A DNA stretch of 64,000 bases from a virus: the IMG/VR virus record IMGVR_UViG_3300013723_000002; one strand, written 5' to 3'. This document shows positions 1-9,315 of the stretch, in pieces. Every line of letters begins with the position of its first letter. Positions within the stretch are counted from its first letter, which is position 1. The notes beneath the pieces are model-generated. The model searched no databases. It was not told the DNA's origin and saw only the letters and a list, made by a program, of their open reading frames with translations. The translations under genes were made by a program, and so were the position numbers.

Positions 1-258
1 ATTGGCCACTTGATCCCGTAAATGAGCCTCAAAATATTTCTTTGCTGCAGTAACTAGATCCTTTCCATGAGTAATAGGATTGCCGGCCTCATCTACTGGA
101 CTGTCTAATAGACTTGTTACTTCATCCCCTTTAAGAGTGGCCACAACTGGAAAGTTTTTGCCTTTTTGCTTTAAATCCTGAATTGCTATTGCAAGTTTTT
201 CAGCCTGCTCAAGCACATCTTTGGGGTTCTGTGCCTGAACCAAATCTGTAATGCTCAT
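1..258 (-). CDS. hypothetical phage late protein, N-terminal part only (runs off the window start)
   Basis: ATG at 258 on the minus strand, open to position 1 (MSITDLVQAQNPKDVLEQAEKLAIAIQDL...). Late motif at 311-325 with the usual spacing. Confidence 0.5.
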   Translation of the reverse strand, partial: MSITDLVQAQNPKDVLEQAEKLAIAIQDLKQKGKNFPVVATLKGDEVTSLLDSPVDEAGNPITHGKDLVTAAKKYFEAHLRDQVAN

Positions 259-310
259 ATAACACCTGTCATGTATGATCAGATGCAGTCTAAGTTTAAG
301 AAATGGGCCT

Positions 311-325
311 AAATTTTTTTGTTCC
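311..325 (-). promoter_or_regulatory. late-unit motif copy 1 (sense: GGAACAAAAAAATTT)
   Basis: GGAAC plus A-run, 67 nt upstream of the ATG at 258. Confidence 0.5.
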
Positions 326-378
326 AGCTGTCAAAAGTTGAAAGGCTATACTCAAAACTTCATTAAATAAAAATATTT

Positions 379-834
379 TTATTCTCGGCGGTGTATAAAT
401 TCAACTTTTCCATTATGTAGAGTAATACTACCCAAACTTCTATAGTCCCAAGTTTCGCTTATTCCATATTTGCTTTCCGTACTTCTCTTAGAAAAAGGCT
501 TACCCCAAGTAGATTCCAAAAGTTCACTCGCGGTCATACCGACTTTTGGAATTTTTTTATTAAGAAAAGATGAACCTTTATAAGTTCCATCTTTATCAAA
601 TTTTTCAGGATATTTTTGCTTATATGCTTCTATATCAGCCTTTCTATTTTCTACGCCAATTGCTCCACTATAAAGAGAGCGGTCATTATCAGGAATGGTA
701 ATTGTAGTAGTTGATTTTGCAATTTCTTCAGAATGATTAGTTTCTATGGACAGTGGAATGCTTACAATCTCTACTTGTTTTGCATAAGCTGTTGAAGATA
801 TTAAACCTAGTGAAATTAATAAAATTTTATTCAT
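379..834 (-). CDS. secreted protein of unknown function (moron)
   Basis: N-terminal signal peptide (MNKILLISLGLISSTAYA). The C-terminal GMTASELLESTWGKP...ETWDY...GKV pattern resembles a BamE/SmpA_OmlA-like fold. AT-rich insert lying between a terminator and the next late motif. Confidence 0.55.
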   Translation of the reverse strand: MNKILLISLGLISSTAYAKQVEIVSIPLSIETNHSEEIAKSTTTITIPDNDRSLYSGAIGVENRKADIEAYKQKYPEKFDKDGTYKGSSFLNKKIPKVGMTASELLESTWGKPFSKRSTESKYGISETWDYRSLGSITLHNGKVEFIHRRE

Positions 835-903
835 TTAGATATGTCCAAACTAAGGTCTGAATATCTTAGCTTAAATCCACAATTAGAATTCTGTAGATCT
901 ATG

Positions 904-929
904 AAAAAAGGCCCTCAAGGGGCCTTTTT
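904..929 (-). terminator. rho-independent terminator after 931..1701
   Basis: GGCCC-TCAA-GGGGCC hairpin flanked by A- and T-runs. Confidence 0.6.
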
Positions 930-930
930 G

Positions 931-1701
931 TTATGTTGCCATGAGTATGACTTTTTCTTGTACCACCTTAGCGGCGGCCGGTAATAAATAATGTTCCGGA
1001 TCTTCTTCAGCATACCCCAGTGCTTGTGCGATTAGTGCCTGGTCTACTTCTGCCCCATCGATGATAGATTGATAAAATGCGCCAGCTGCATCAATCGGCG
1101 GATCTTCCCTATTATCCTGGGCTTCTGTTTCAAAATCTTCATCTGCCGTTGTACTATCATCATCAATTGCCACACTACTAAATAGATCATTCGGGTTATG
1201 ATGCTTGACCGCTTTATCACCAGTTATAAATAGATCCTGAATATATGCCCACTCAATAAAGGGCCAGATCGCATTTTTAGGCTTGATATAGTCATCAATT
1301 GCCATGCCGCCGTCTTTTTTCTGGATATATAAACCTTCTGCTAAATCAGTAAATAACCGGGCACGAACAAATGGCTGGCCCTTTTCATCATGCAAGTTGG
1401 CATTTAAAGCAAGAAGAATAGGAGTTATTAAGTCAGTCTGGCCCTTATGTTCTGCGACAAAATTATGTAACTGTTTTTCCAGGTCTACATGCGGTTTAAG
1501 TCGTACACCTAAACGGCCCTTTTCCTGGACAATTTCACTTAAAGTTTTGCCTGCAATATCACCACCAGTAAGGTCCTTAATAATTTCATCAATACGGCGT
1601 ACTTTCTCAATACGTTCCATTAATGGCAAGGTACCACCGAGTACCAGGTTAGCTAGGTTGTCCAGTTCCTGAGTCAGTTTTAGCTTAGTAATTAGATCCA
1701 T
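931..1701 (-). CDS. hypothetical virion-associated protein with acidic C-terminal half
   Basis: 256-aa ORF that abuts the stop of 1705..4377. I recognise no family. Confidence 0.55.
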   Translation of the reverse strand: MDLITKLKLTQELDNLANLVLGGTLPLMERIEKVRRIDEIIKDLTGGDIAGKTLSEIVQEKGRLGVRLKPHVDLEKQLHNFVAEHKGQTDLITPILLALNANLHDEKGQPFVRARLFTDLAEGLYIQKKDGGMAIDDYIKPKNAIWPFIEWAYIQDLFITGDKAVKHHNPNDLFSSVAIDDDSTTADEDFETEAQDNREDPPIDAAGAFYQSIIDGAEVDQALIAQALGYAEEDPEHYLLPAAAKVVQEKVILMAT

Positions 1702-1704
1702 GTC

Positions 1705-4377
1705 TTAAACTCCCTGCGCCTTGGCAACTTTAGCTTTAGTTACAGTGTTTAAGGCTTCTTCTAATTTCGCATAAATTGGCTGATCCGGCTCACTGGCATA
1801 TTTTTGGGCTACGTTCATAAAATCGTCCATATTTAACGTGGTCGCATCAATTTCGCCTCCAATAATCTGGTCTAGCCAGGCTTCATCTGGATTCATTTCA
1901 TTACCCTGTATTGGATCTGTTTGTTCGGCTAAAAGCCCATGTTGCTGTAAATAGATTTTGCTCTTTTCCATACGGTCTTGGGTCACACTTAAACCTACAT
2001 CGTCCAGATTGCCGCGTTCAATTTTACCCTGGTAGAGTTCATAAAGTTTTTCATGAGCAAAGTTTATCTCTGCTTCAGATAGTTTCCCTGCATCTTTTAA
2101 TTTGTTGGCCAGTAAATCAATATGACGGTTGGCCAGATCTGCTGGATCTACACTATCTGTTTTATTTAAAAACTTGATCCAGTTTTCTTCGTGGTCGTAA
2201 CGTTCAAAAAGATTCATTTCTTCATTAGCCCGGACTCGCTCCATAGGATTATCAGACAGTGGATTGAGCTTGCCGTTTTCATCCCGTAATTGATCCAGCT
2301 GGGCATTTAAATCTAATTTTTTCTGTTCAGAGGCAAGTTGTTTTTTTGCTTTAATAACTTCAATCGGCTGAGCTTCACGGCCTTGGGCTATATCCGCTGC
2401 GAGCTTTGAATCATAGCTATTCATGGCTTTGATTAGGCCACTTGCAAAGAGTTCAGCTTTACTCATTTTTTCAAGTGTGGCCAGCGCTGCATCATGAGCC
2501 TGTTTAACACTGGCATAGAAGAAAACATCATTGCCCTTTTCATCTTTAGACGGAATAGACAAATGAGATTTTGAATATATGACTTCTAAGCCTTTCGCCG
2601 TACCTTGGAATGAATCAACCACATAGAACGTTTCCCCATGCACCTGGAAAATTAAACGCGGTTCGGCTTCTGTCACCATTTCGCTATATTTCGGATGGCC
2701 AACGATTACTTTACCGGTCGCTTTAAAATGTTCATCTTCTAGCTCATGTAGAACATAGCCTTCCTCTGTTTTCATAGGTATGTAGCTAGAAAGGTTATGT
2801 GTATTCTTAAATCGATTGGTCATCGATAAAACGCTAAAAGGTTTACCCTTGGGCAAAGTCAAAATATTACCGGCCTTGTCGGTCTTAAAGCCTGCTGCTT
2901 TTGCTGCTTCAGCACCAGGACTAACTACCGGATTGTCTTTACGATACTGATTTAAGTATTCAATTCCTTCCTCTTTCCATTCTGCCTGGGTCGTAGAAAT
3001 GCGGTAGGCCCAGCCTTGTGTTACGGCGTAATTGATCGGCTTGTAAACTTCTGGCGTGTTGTACCATAGTCCACCCCCTGTAAACTGCCGTTCCATTTCA
3101 GTTTTACGTCTAAACGCTGTGGCCACCTCTTCAATGGTGTACGCTTCTTTATCAGTTTTATCAGCATCAGGCTCTATTACTGGCTCATTTTCAGGATCTT
3201 GCTGTGCTGGTATTGGTTCTTGGGCAGCTTCTGTTTTTACTTCTGGTGTTATAACTGCTGCACTTAATGGCTGGTCCAGCTGCTCTTGTAGAGCTGCAAT
3301 TTCTTGATCTAACAGCTGCTCTTCCTGGATCTTCGCCTGTTCATCTTTTTCTAGGTCTACCAATACTTGTTCAGCCTGGGCTTTTCTGGCTAGGCCTTTC
3401 ATAAAACGAGCACTATTGCCTTCAACAATAAGCATCATACGCTTGGCCAAGGTTTGAATATTTACGTTTTTACCGCTCTTGGGTTGCAATACTGCAGTTA
3501 CATCACGCTTATTTAATAAAAACTTCCAGCTGGTTAGTGTATCTGTTGCATCAAGACGTTTTGGCGTAGCATCTGGGTTGTGATAAATAATACTGACGCT
3601 CTGGCCATCACTCATGGTAAAAACAGTCGCAATATTGACTACGCCGTTTTTCTTAAATGGATCTGAGGTAGTCACCTCAACCGGCTTCACTTTTTCACCT
3701 GCAGCTTTACCCATAGCCACCAGTACCCGTTTAGAAAGGGCTTCTAATCGGGAATATTGGGAGATAACTGCATCGAAACCTTCTATTTCAGCGCCATCCA
3801 TAACTTCTTGAATAATCGCTTCCGGTTTAACCGGTAATAGCAATTCACGTGATTCATCATAGGTCGAAATATCGCGTATCAAATGTGAAGCGCTTGCATG
3901 TGAAGTGCAATTATTTTCTTCCCATACAACTGGGTTACCGGTAATTTGAGCGCGTAATGTATCAATCTCTTGTTGAGTAATACGCCCCTGGTAATTTTCT
4001 CGTGAAGCATGATTAACCAGGCGCTCTAAAACGAATGTAGGCGCTTCTATTACGTCATAAGCATTAATCTGAGCAATTGCCCCATAATCATAATTAAACA
4101 TCCGTAGCGCGAAATTAGCGGCTTGCTCGTCACTGATTGCACCCAGAACGGCGACTGAGGTTAAAAACACATTGTTCTGGTCCACCAAATTAGTAATACG
4201 CCATGTATCACGTTGGGTATAACCAGGAATTGCGAGTGCTTTAAGGGCAGTATATTGGCCATAAATATACCCAACATCGGCAATACAAATTGCCTCACCT
4301 TTTGAACCATCCTGATTGTTATATGGTCGGCTAGTTCCCTTATAAAAACTCACCGTTAAAATTGAATCATTTTTCAT
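1705..4377 (-). CDS. large (890 aa) phage structural or ejected protein, function unknown
   Basis: Long ORF with a central coiled-coil/Q-E-rich segment and its own late motif. Confidence 0.6.
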   Translation of the reverse strand: MKNDSILTVSFYKGTSRPYNNQDGSKGEAICIADVGYIYGQYTALKALAIPGYTQRDTWRITNLVDQNNVFLTSVAVLGAISDEQAANFALRMFNYDYGAIAQINAYDVIEAPTFVLERLVNHASRENYQGRITQQEIDTLRAQITGNPVVWEENNCTSHASASHLIRDISTYDESRELLLPVKPEAIIQEVMDGAEIEGFDAVISQYSRLEALSKRVLVAMGKAAGEKVKPVEVTTSDPFKKNGVVNIATVFTMSDGQSVSIIYHNPDATPKRLDATDTLTSWKFLLNKRDVTAVLQPKSGKNVNIQTLAKRMMLIVEGNSARFMKGLARKAQAEQVLVDLEKDEQAKIQEEQLLDQEIAALQEQLDQPLSAAVITPEVKTEAAQEPIPAQQDPENEPVIEPDADKTDKEAYTIEEVATAFRRKTEMERQFTGGGLWYNTPEVYKPINYAVTQGWAYRISTTQAEWKEEGIEYLNQYRKDNPVVSPGAEAAKAAGFKTDKAGNILTLPKGKPFSVLSMTNRFKNTHNLSSYIPMKTEEGYVLHELEDEHFKATGKVIVGHPKYSEMVTEAEPRLIFQVHGETFYVVDSFQGTAKGLEVIYSKSHLSIPSKDEKGNDVFFYASVKQAHDAALATLEKMSKAELFASGLIKAMNSYDSKLAADIAQGREAQPIEVIKAKKQLASEQKKLDLNAQLDQLRDENGKLNPLSDNPMERVRANEEMNLFERYDHEENWIKFLNKTDSVDPADLANRHIDLLANKLKDAGKLSEAEINFAHEKLYELYQGKIERGNLDDVGLSVTQDRMEKSKIYLQQHGLLAEQTDPIQGNEMNPDEAWLDQIIGGEIDATTLNMDDFMNVAQKYASEPDQPIYAKLEEALNTVTKAKVAKAQGV

Positions 4378-4430
4378 GCAGAAAAACCTTATTGAACGTA
4401 TGCCGCAAGATTAATTCTTTTAAAAAATGC

Positions 4431-4446
4431 TAAATTTTATTGTTCC
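4431..4446 (-). promoter_or_regulatory. late-unit motif copy 2 (sense: GGAACAATAAAATTTA)
   Basis: GGAAC lies 69 nt upstream of the ATG at 4377, directly downstream of the terminator at 4458-4476. Confidence 0.5.
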
Positions 4447-4457
4447 AAGAAAATAAC

Positions 4458-4476
4458 AAGGCCCATAAAAGGGCCT
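4458..4476 (-). terminator. terminator hairpin after 4482..5171
   Basis: AGGCCC-ATAAAA-GGGCCT hairpin. Confidence 0.5.
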
Positions 4477-4481
4477 GAGCA

Positions 4482-5171
4482 TCACAATGGCATAAACGGT
4501 CGGGCTTGGGAAAAAGTGATTGGAATAGTTAGGGCTGATCCTTCTGACGCTGCCAGTTCTAGTGAGGCTTGGGTCGCCTTAACCAAATATCGGGATTTAA
4601 AAGATGGAGCGGCAAGGCCCTTGTCACGGTTATAAAGCCATAGATCCATCCACATAACATATTCAGCCGGTAATCCATAACTGCCATCTACATGACAAAC
4701 TAGCTGAGCATATTGCATCAAACTGTGAGCCACATAATTATTTTTCGTTTCAATCATTGTTAAAGTAATCTCAGGCGACTGGCTACCTGTGATGTGATTA
4801 GCGTTGTAATGGCCCATGCGTTTACTATCAGTATCAAACTGAAGTAATGGCACAGATAGCTCGGTAGCTAACCAAGGCATAAGATTATTAGTAACAAGTT
4901 CTAAATTGCGGGTTGCATTATTTCTGTAAGCTGAAAACTGCACTAAATAAAAGGATTTATGCTGAATACCCAATTTATAAAGATCTCGATATAGACCCAC
5001 AAATCTATCTCTAGGCATACCGCCCCAATTTAGGTTTACTGGTCCATTTCCTGTAGCCGTGGTACCAAGATCAAGGCCTCCCATATTAGGCAATCGGTCA
5101 CTGATAAAACCTTTCGCAGCTGTTTTAGCTTTACCGGCCGCTTTTTGTTTAAGCTGATTTATGTCGAGCAT
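4482..5171 (-). CDS. hypothetical virion structural protein (229 aa)
   Basis: Start overlaps the stop of the upstream gene (TAATG), which suggests translational coupling. Confidence 0.55.
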   Translation of the reverse strand: MLDINQLKQKAAGKAKTAAKGFISDRLPNMGGLDLGTTATGNGPVNLNWGGMPRDRFVGLYRDLYKLGIQHKSFYLVQFSAYRNNATRNLELVTNNLMPWLATELSVPLLQFDTDSKRMGHYNANHITGSQSPEITLTMIETKNNYVAHSLMQYAQLVCHVDGSYGLPAEYVMWMDLWLYNRDKGLAAPSFKSRYLVKATQASLELAASEGSALTIPITFSQARPFMPL

Positions 5172-6778
5172 TAGTAATCCTCTTCATTATCATTGAAACC
5201 TGTGCCATTAGCTGCTGGCTCTTCATAATCACCAGGATTATCCTCACCAGATAAATCAGTCTGCGGCTTACCCTTTTCTAAAGCATTCACATAGATCTCG
5301 GCCTCTTCATCATCACAACCGCCGATTTTAGTAAGTACAGTAAAGTTACTTTCTCTGTCCAGATTAAGTTCTTTAAGCGTACCCAATGCACTACCAAACA
5401 TGGCCATTGTATTGGATCTCGTTTGCTTGTTTGTCAGTGCTTCAGTTGAGGCCGCTGAAATATCAGAATAAAACTCGAATTGCCAAGGCAGATCTTGAGG
5501 ATCAAACATATAGCCGTATTTATAGCCAATATGAACATTGGCAATATGATTAAAGGCTTTCGTTGTTGCGGCACGAACATGAACGGAGCGTTGGGCAACT
5601 TGCGCCGATGTATGAAAAAAACCACCATCACCAAGACCACCAGACAATTGTTCAGCCCATCCCAAAAGTGATAAGTCTGTACCCAGTGCCCCTGCCATAC
5701 GGCGAACATTGATCATGAGCGGTTCAGGATTCACTGGTGCGGATCTGCGACTCATATCACCAATTGCATTAAGCACTTGCTTGTCACCCCACACGGGTAA
5801 AATATGCCAGGCTTTAGACCAAATCGCGTCCCCACCTTTTAAGGCATCCCGGACATTGTTTTTATGGGATTGCAACATTTGAGTGAGGCCGGCTTTATAT
5901 TTTTTCCGTTGTTCTGGCGGCATACCCGATACGTCAAATGTTAAAAATGCTTGCTCTACACTATCTGCAATCTGTTGTGAGTTTAATGCTTGTAGCAGCA
6001 GCTGAACGTTTGCCCAAGGTTCTTCGGCGTCATACAGAATAGATCCGCCAATCTCACTGGCCACAATCGGAAGTTTATTAATATCATTCTCAGACAGCAT
6101 ATTTTTATGCAAATACGGATTAATTGAGAATTGCGGCACTGGTGTGTAACGTGGCATTTTCATACGTGCCATCTGAAAAGTAGTGAGCTTGGTGAGCTTT
6201 CGCATTTCCAGATCATTTTTTTCTAAAATATGATAACCAATTGTTCGCCCGCCCTGCTCATAAGACTGAATTAACGGCGGTTCAGTATATTCATTACAAA
6301 TAAGCTGCAGCAGTCCTGCACCTTTGGCCCCATACATACGCACATAACTATCGCCGTAAGATACGCCGTAACGTGCCATTGGGAATGCAATTTCATTGAA
6401 AAGCGGCATCAATAGCCGGGCTTCTCTCTCAACCAACTGTCTTAAATGTCGTGCTCGTTTTCCGCCATTCCTTAGTTTTTGAGAAGGTGTCATAAAAACC
6501 ACATCACCACGGGATTCATGGCCCCCTAAAGCTGCTGTGGTCTGCAAGTTAAGAGCAGCTGCAATGGTCGGATCATGTTGCATTACCGCCCACGTGGTAT
6601 AGATCGTTTTACGGTCACGTTTGCGAAGTTCGCTGTTTTCATAGGTGCCCAGTGAAAACATTTCAAAATTATCGTACCGGCTATCTACTTCACCGATATT
6701 GGCCTGTATTTGTCCGGCAGATGCCGCACGTTCGGCATGAATAAACTGGCCCAAGAAATTACCAAATAACGATTTCAT
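5171..6778 (-). CDS. putative portal protein (535 aa)
   Basis: Size, acidic C-terminal tail and position at the head of a structural unit. The family was not verified. Confidence 0.4.
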   Translation of the reverse strand: MKSLFGNFLGQFIHAERAASAGQIQANIGEVDSRYDNFEMFSLGTYENSELRKRDRKTIYTTWAVMQHDPTIAAALNLQTTAALGGHESRGDVVFMTPSQKLRNGGKRARHLRQLVEREARLLMPLFNEIAFPMARYGVSYGDSYVRMYGAKGAGLLQLICNEYTEPPLIQSYEQGGRTIGYHILEKNDLEMRKLTKLTTFQMARMKMPRYTPVPQFSINPYLHKNMLSENDINKLPIVASEIGGSILYDAEEPWANVQLLLQALNSQQIADSVEQAFLTFDVSGMPPEQRKKYKAGLTQMLQSHKNNVRDALKGGDAIWSKAWHILPVWGDKQVLNAIGDMSRRSAPVNPEPLMINVRRMAGALGTDLSLLGWAEQLSGGLGDGGFFHTSAQVAQRSVHVRAATTKAFNHIANVHIGYKYGYMFDPQDLPWQFEFYSDISAASTEALTNKQTRSNTMAMFGSALGTLKELNLDRESNFTVLTKIGGCDDEEAEIYVNALEKGKPQTDLSGEDNPGDYEEPAANGTGFNDNEEDY

Positions 6779-6832
6779 TAATTTTCACTAATCTGTTCTA
6801 TTTGACAGCATTTTGAAGCAGCAAAAATAGGG

Positions 6833-6848
6833 TATTTTTTTTAGTTCC
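6833..6848 (-). promoter_or_regulatory. late-unit motif copy 3 (sense: GGAACTAAAAAAAATA)
   Basis: GGAAC lies 70 nt upstream of the ATG at 6778. Confidence 0.5.
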
Positions 6849-6860
6849 AGAAAAAAATAA

Positions 6861-6875
6861 GGCCCTATTCGGGCC
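6861..6875 (-). terminator. orphaned terminator hairpin (GGCCC-TATTC-GGGCC)
   Basis: Same hairpin-then-motif layout as the other late units. The gene it should terminate (9316..10518) is now separated from it by the IS and ADH insertion. Confidence 0.45.
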
Positions 6876-7044
6876 AGATTATTTGATTTAAATTATTTTG
6901 CTTTATGCAGATCTATCATAAAAATATTCACTTTCAGCAATAAATTATGCAAAAAAAGCGGATTTTCTTGCAGTTTTTATTAGTTTTTGATGAAGAAAAT
7001 TGAAAAATAAAAACAGGTGATTTGATCTGTCTTGATTAAAGAAT

Positions 7045-7069
7045 AAAAAGCGCCTAGAAGGCGCTTTTT
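7045..7069. terminator. bidirectional terminator downstream of the ADH gene
   Basis: AAAAAGCGCC-TAGA-AGGCGCTTTTT perfect hairpin with an A-run and a T-run. Confidence 0.7.
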
Positions 7070-7084
7070 ATTCTTTAAGTAAAT

Positions 7085-8248
7085 TTACGGCGTTAGAATG
7101 ACTTTACGACAGTCTTCTTCCTTTTTATCAAAAATACGGTAACCTTCCGCAGCATCTTCCAGTTTCATGCGATGGGTAATAATCACATCCGGAGACAGAT
7201 CTCCATTTTCGATATGTTCGAGTAACTGCGGCAAGTATTTATGCACATGGGTTTGTCCCATTTTAAAAGTTAAACCTTTGTCAAAGGCATCACCAAACAG
7301 AAAGCCATGAATTGGACCGGCATAAATCCCAGGTACACTCACCACACCGCCGCGTCGGACTGCTGCAATACATTGTCTTAGTGCTGAACCACTCGAACCT
7401 TCTAATTTCAGGTTGGTCATTACTGTTTCCAGAACACTCCCTTTGGCTTCGAAACCAACGGCATCAATAACTGCATCAACACCACGATAACCTGCTGTAT
7501 TTTGAATAATAAATTCAGCTGCATCGACTTCATCAAAGTTGACCGGAATGACCCCATAGGTTTGATGAGCAAATTGCAAGCGATAAGGGTGATGGTCGAC
7601 CATGAAGATCTGTTCGGCACCGAGCATCCGTGCACAAGCGGCAGCCATCAGACCGACTGGACCAGCACCATAAATTGCCACTGTAGAACCACGGGTGACT
7701 TGAGCATTGGTTACTGCCTGCCAGGCTGTTGGCAGAATATCGGTCAGGAATAATACTTTTTCATCAGGCAAGGAGCCGGGAACCTTAAACGGTCCGACAT
7801 TGCCTTTGGGAATCCGCACATATTCGGCCTGACCACCCGGAACACCACCAAACAGGTGGCTAAAGCCAAACAAGGCCGCTCCTGGTGGAATCTGTTTTTT
7901 ATTGAGAATTGCACCACGACCCGTATTGGTATTTTCACAGGCAGCCATCAGTTCATGTTCACAGAAAAAACAGTGACCGCATGCAATGACAAAGGGAATG
8001 ATCACCCGGTCACCTTTTTTGACTTCTGTCACTGCAGGGCCGACTTCTTCTACAACTCCCATAAATTCATGGCCGAAAATATCACCGTCTTCAGTGGCCG
8101 GGATTTTACCCCGGTATAGATGTAGGTCTGAGCCACAGATGGCAGTGGCTGTCACCCTTAAAATAACGTCATCTGGTTCCTGAATCACTGGATCTGGAAC
8201 AGATTCAACTCGTACATCCCGAGCACCATGATAGGTAAGAGCACGCAT
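7085..8248 (-). CDS. Zn-dependent alcohol dehydrogenase, glutathione-independent formaldehyde dehydrogenase-like
   Basis: Catalytic-zinc motif ICGSDLH and GHEFMG. Structural-zinc cysteines [15 protein letters not shown]. Rossmann GAGPVG. Confidence 0.85.
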   Translation of the reverse strand: MRALTYHGARDVRVESVPDPVIQEPDDVILRVTATAICGSDLHLYRGKIPATEDGDIFGHEFMGVVEEVGPAVTEVKKGDRVIIPFVIACGHCFFCEHELMAACENTNTGRGAILNKKQIPPGAALFGFSHLFGGVPGGQAEYVRIPKGNVGPFKVPGSLPDEKVLFLTDILPTAWQAVTNAQVTRGSTVAIYGAGPVGLMAAACARMLGAEQIFMVDHHPYRLQFAHQTYGVIPVNFDEVDAAEFIIQNTAGYRGVDAVIDAVGFEAKGSVLETVMTNLKLEGSSGSALRQCIAAVRRGGVVSVPGIYAGPIHGFLFGDAFDKGLTFKMGQTHVHKYLPQLLEHIENGDLSPDVIITHRMKLEDAAEGYRIFDKKEEDCRKVILTP

Positions 8249-8449
8249 GCGGATTTCCTCTCTAGTTCAACATAAATAGTCTCAAATAAGGCTGCTGATT
8301 ATTAATAAGCCTTTTTATTAGAGCCTTATAACCTGACCTAGAGCTGTAAATTAATGTATGAAATAAGGGAGCCGAGTGTTTAAAAAATAAATTTATATAG
8401 TACTTGCGTAATTCACTAAAAAATATGTCAAAAATCGAGTAAATGATTA

Positions 8450-9307
8450 GGGTCTGTTGATACTTACTGTTCATAATTAACCCTATAAAGGTAGCCATAA
8501 AAATATACAGGCTAAGGCAACAGAACTTTGATAATTTCTTTTGAGCTTGTCATATCGAGTAGCTATTTCTCTAAATTGCTTTAATCTACAAAACATATTT
8601 TCAACTAAATGCCTGATTTTATATAAATACCAGTCCATATGGTCATTGTTCGATTGGCTATTCGTTTTCTTTGGTATATTCGCTTTAGTCCCTGTTTTCC
8701 TGATCTGTTCACGCAGTGGTTCTGAATCATAGCCTTTATCTGCGCATACCACTTTTGTCTCTTTTAAATCTAATGTTGATATTAAATCAGGCGCAACTTT
8801 AACATCATGTGTGGTTCCATCGGTAATCATGAAATCAATAGGATTGCTATGTGCATCAACAATCAAATGTATTTTTGAGGAGTTTCCTCCTACACTTTTA
8901 GAAATAGATTGATTCGCTATGCCGGCAGAATGTTGATGAGCACGTACATGAGAGCCATCAATAAAAATCCACTCCATATCGGGGCATGAGGCTAGTAATT
9001 TGAATAATCTAAGTAACTTACCGCTGCTTGACCAACGATTAAAACGTTTGAAAATAGAGTTTGAATGACCAAAACAAGAAGGAATATCTCGCCACGGACA
9101 GCCTGTTCTAATTCTATAGAGAATAGCTTCAATAAAATTGCGTAAATTTGAGTTGTGGTGAATGGATAAATTACGCTGAATAACTTTCAACTTTTGCCAG
9201 TGTTGATCTGTCAGCATGGTACGAGGCATAGCGAATAGTAAAATTGGGTTTGGTGATTTGATTTTACTACTTCGCTATTTTTTTAAGCTAAAAGTGTCAA
9301 CACACCC
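8450..9307 (-). mobile_element. IS5-family insertion sequence (~858 bp)
   Basis: Terminal inverted repeats GGGTCTGTTGATACTT (8450-) and GGGTGTGTTGACACTT (reverse complement ending at 9307). Flanking TA on both sides. Single transposase ORF. Confidence 0.8.
8483..9229 (-). CDS. tnp: IS5-family DDE transposase (248 aa)
   Basis: MPRTMLTDQHWQKLK..., GCPWRDIP, DGSHVRAHQH, ADKGYDS and HLVENMFCRLKQFR motifs typical of IS4/IS5 DDE transposases. Confidence 0.85.
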   Translation of the reverse strand: MPRTMLTDQHWQKLKVIQRNLSIHHNSNLRNFIEAILYRIRTGCPWRDIPSCFGHSNSIFKRFNRWSSSGKLLRLFKLLASCPDMEWIFIDGSHVRAHQHSAGIANQSISKSVGGNSSKIHLIVDAHSNPIDFMITDGTTHDVKVAPDLISTLDLKETKVVCADKGYDSEPLREQIRKTGTKANIPKKTNSQSNNDHMDWYLYKIRHLVENMFCRLKQFREIATRYDKLKRNYQSSVALACIFLWLPL

Positions 9308-9315
9308 TAGTTTTT

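Noticed and set aside
8262-8498. 78-aa minus-strand ORF between the ADH gene and the transposase.
   Set aside because: It spans the IS terminal inverted repeat (8450-) and AT-rich promoter DNA. It has low-complexity composition and no SD, so it is probably not a gene.
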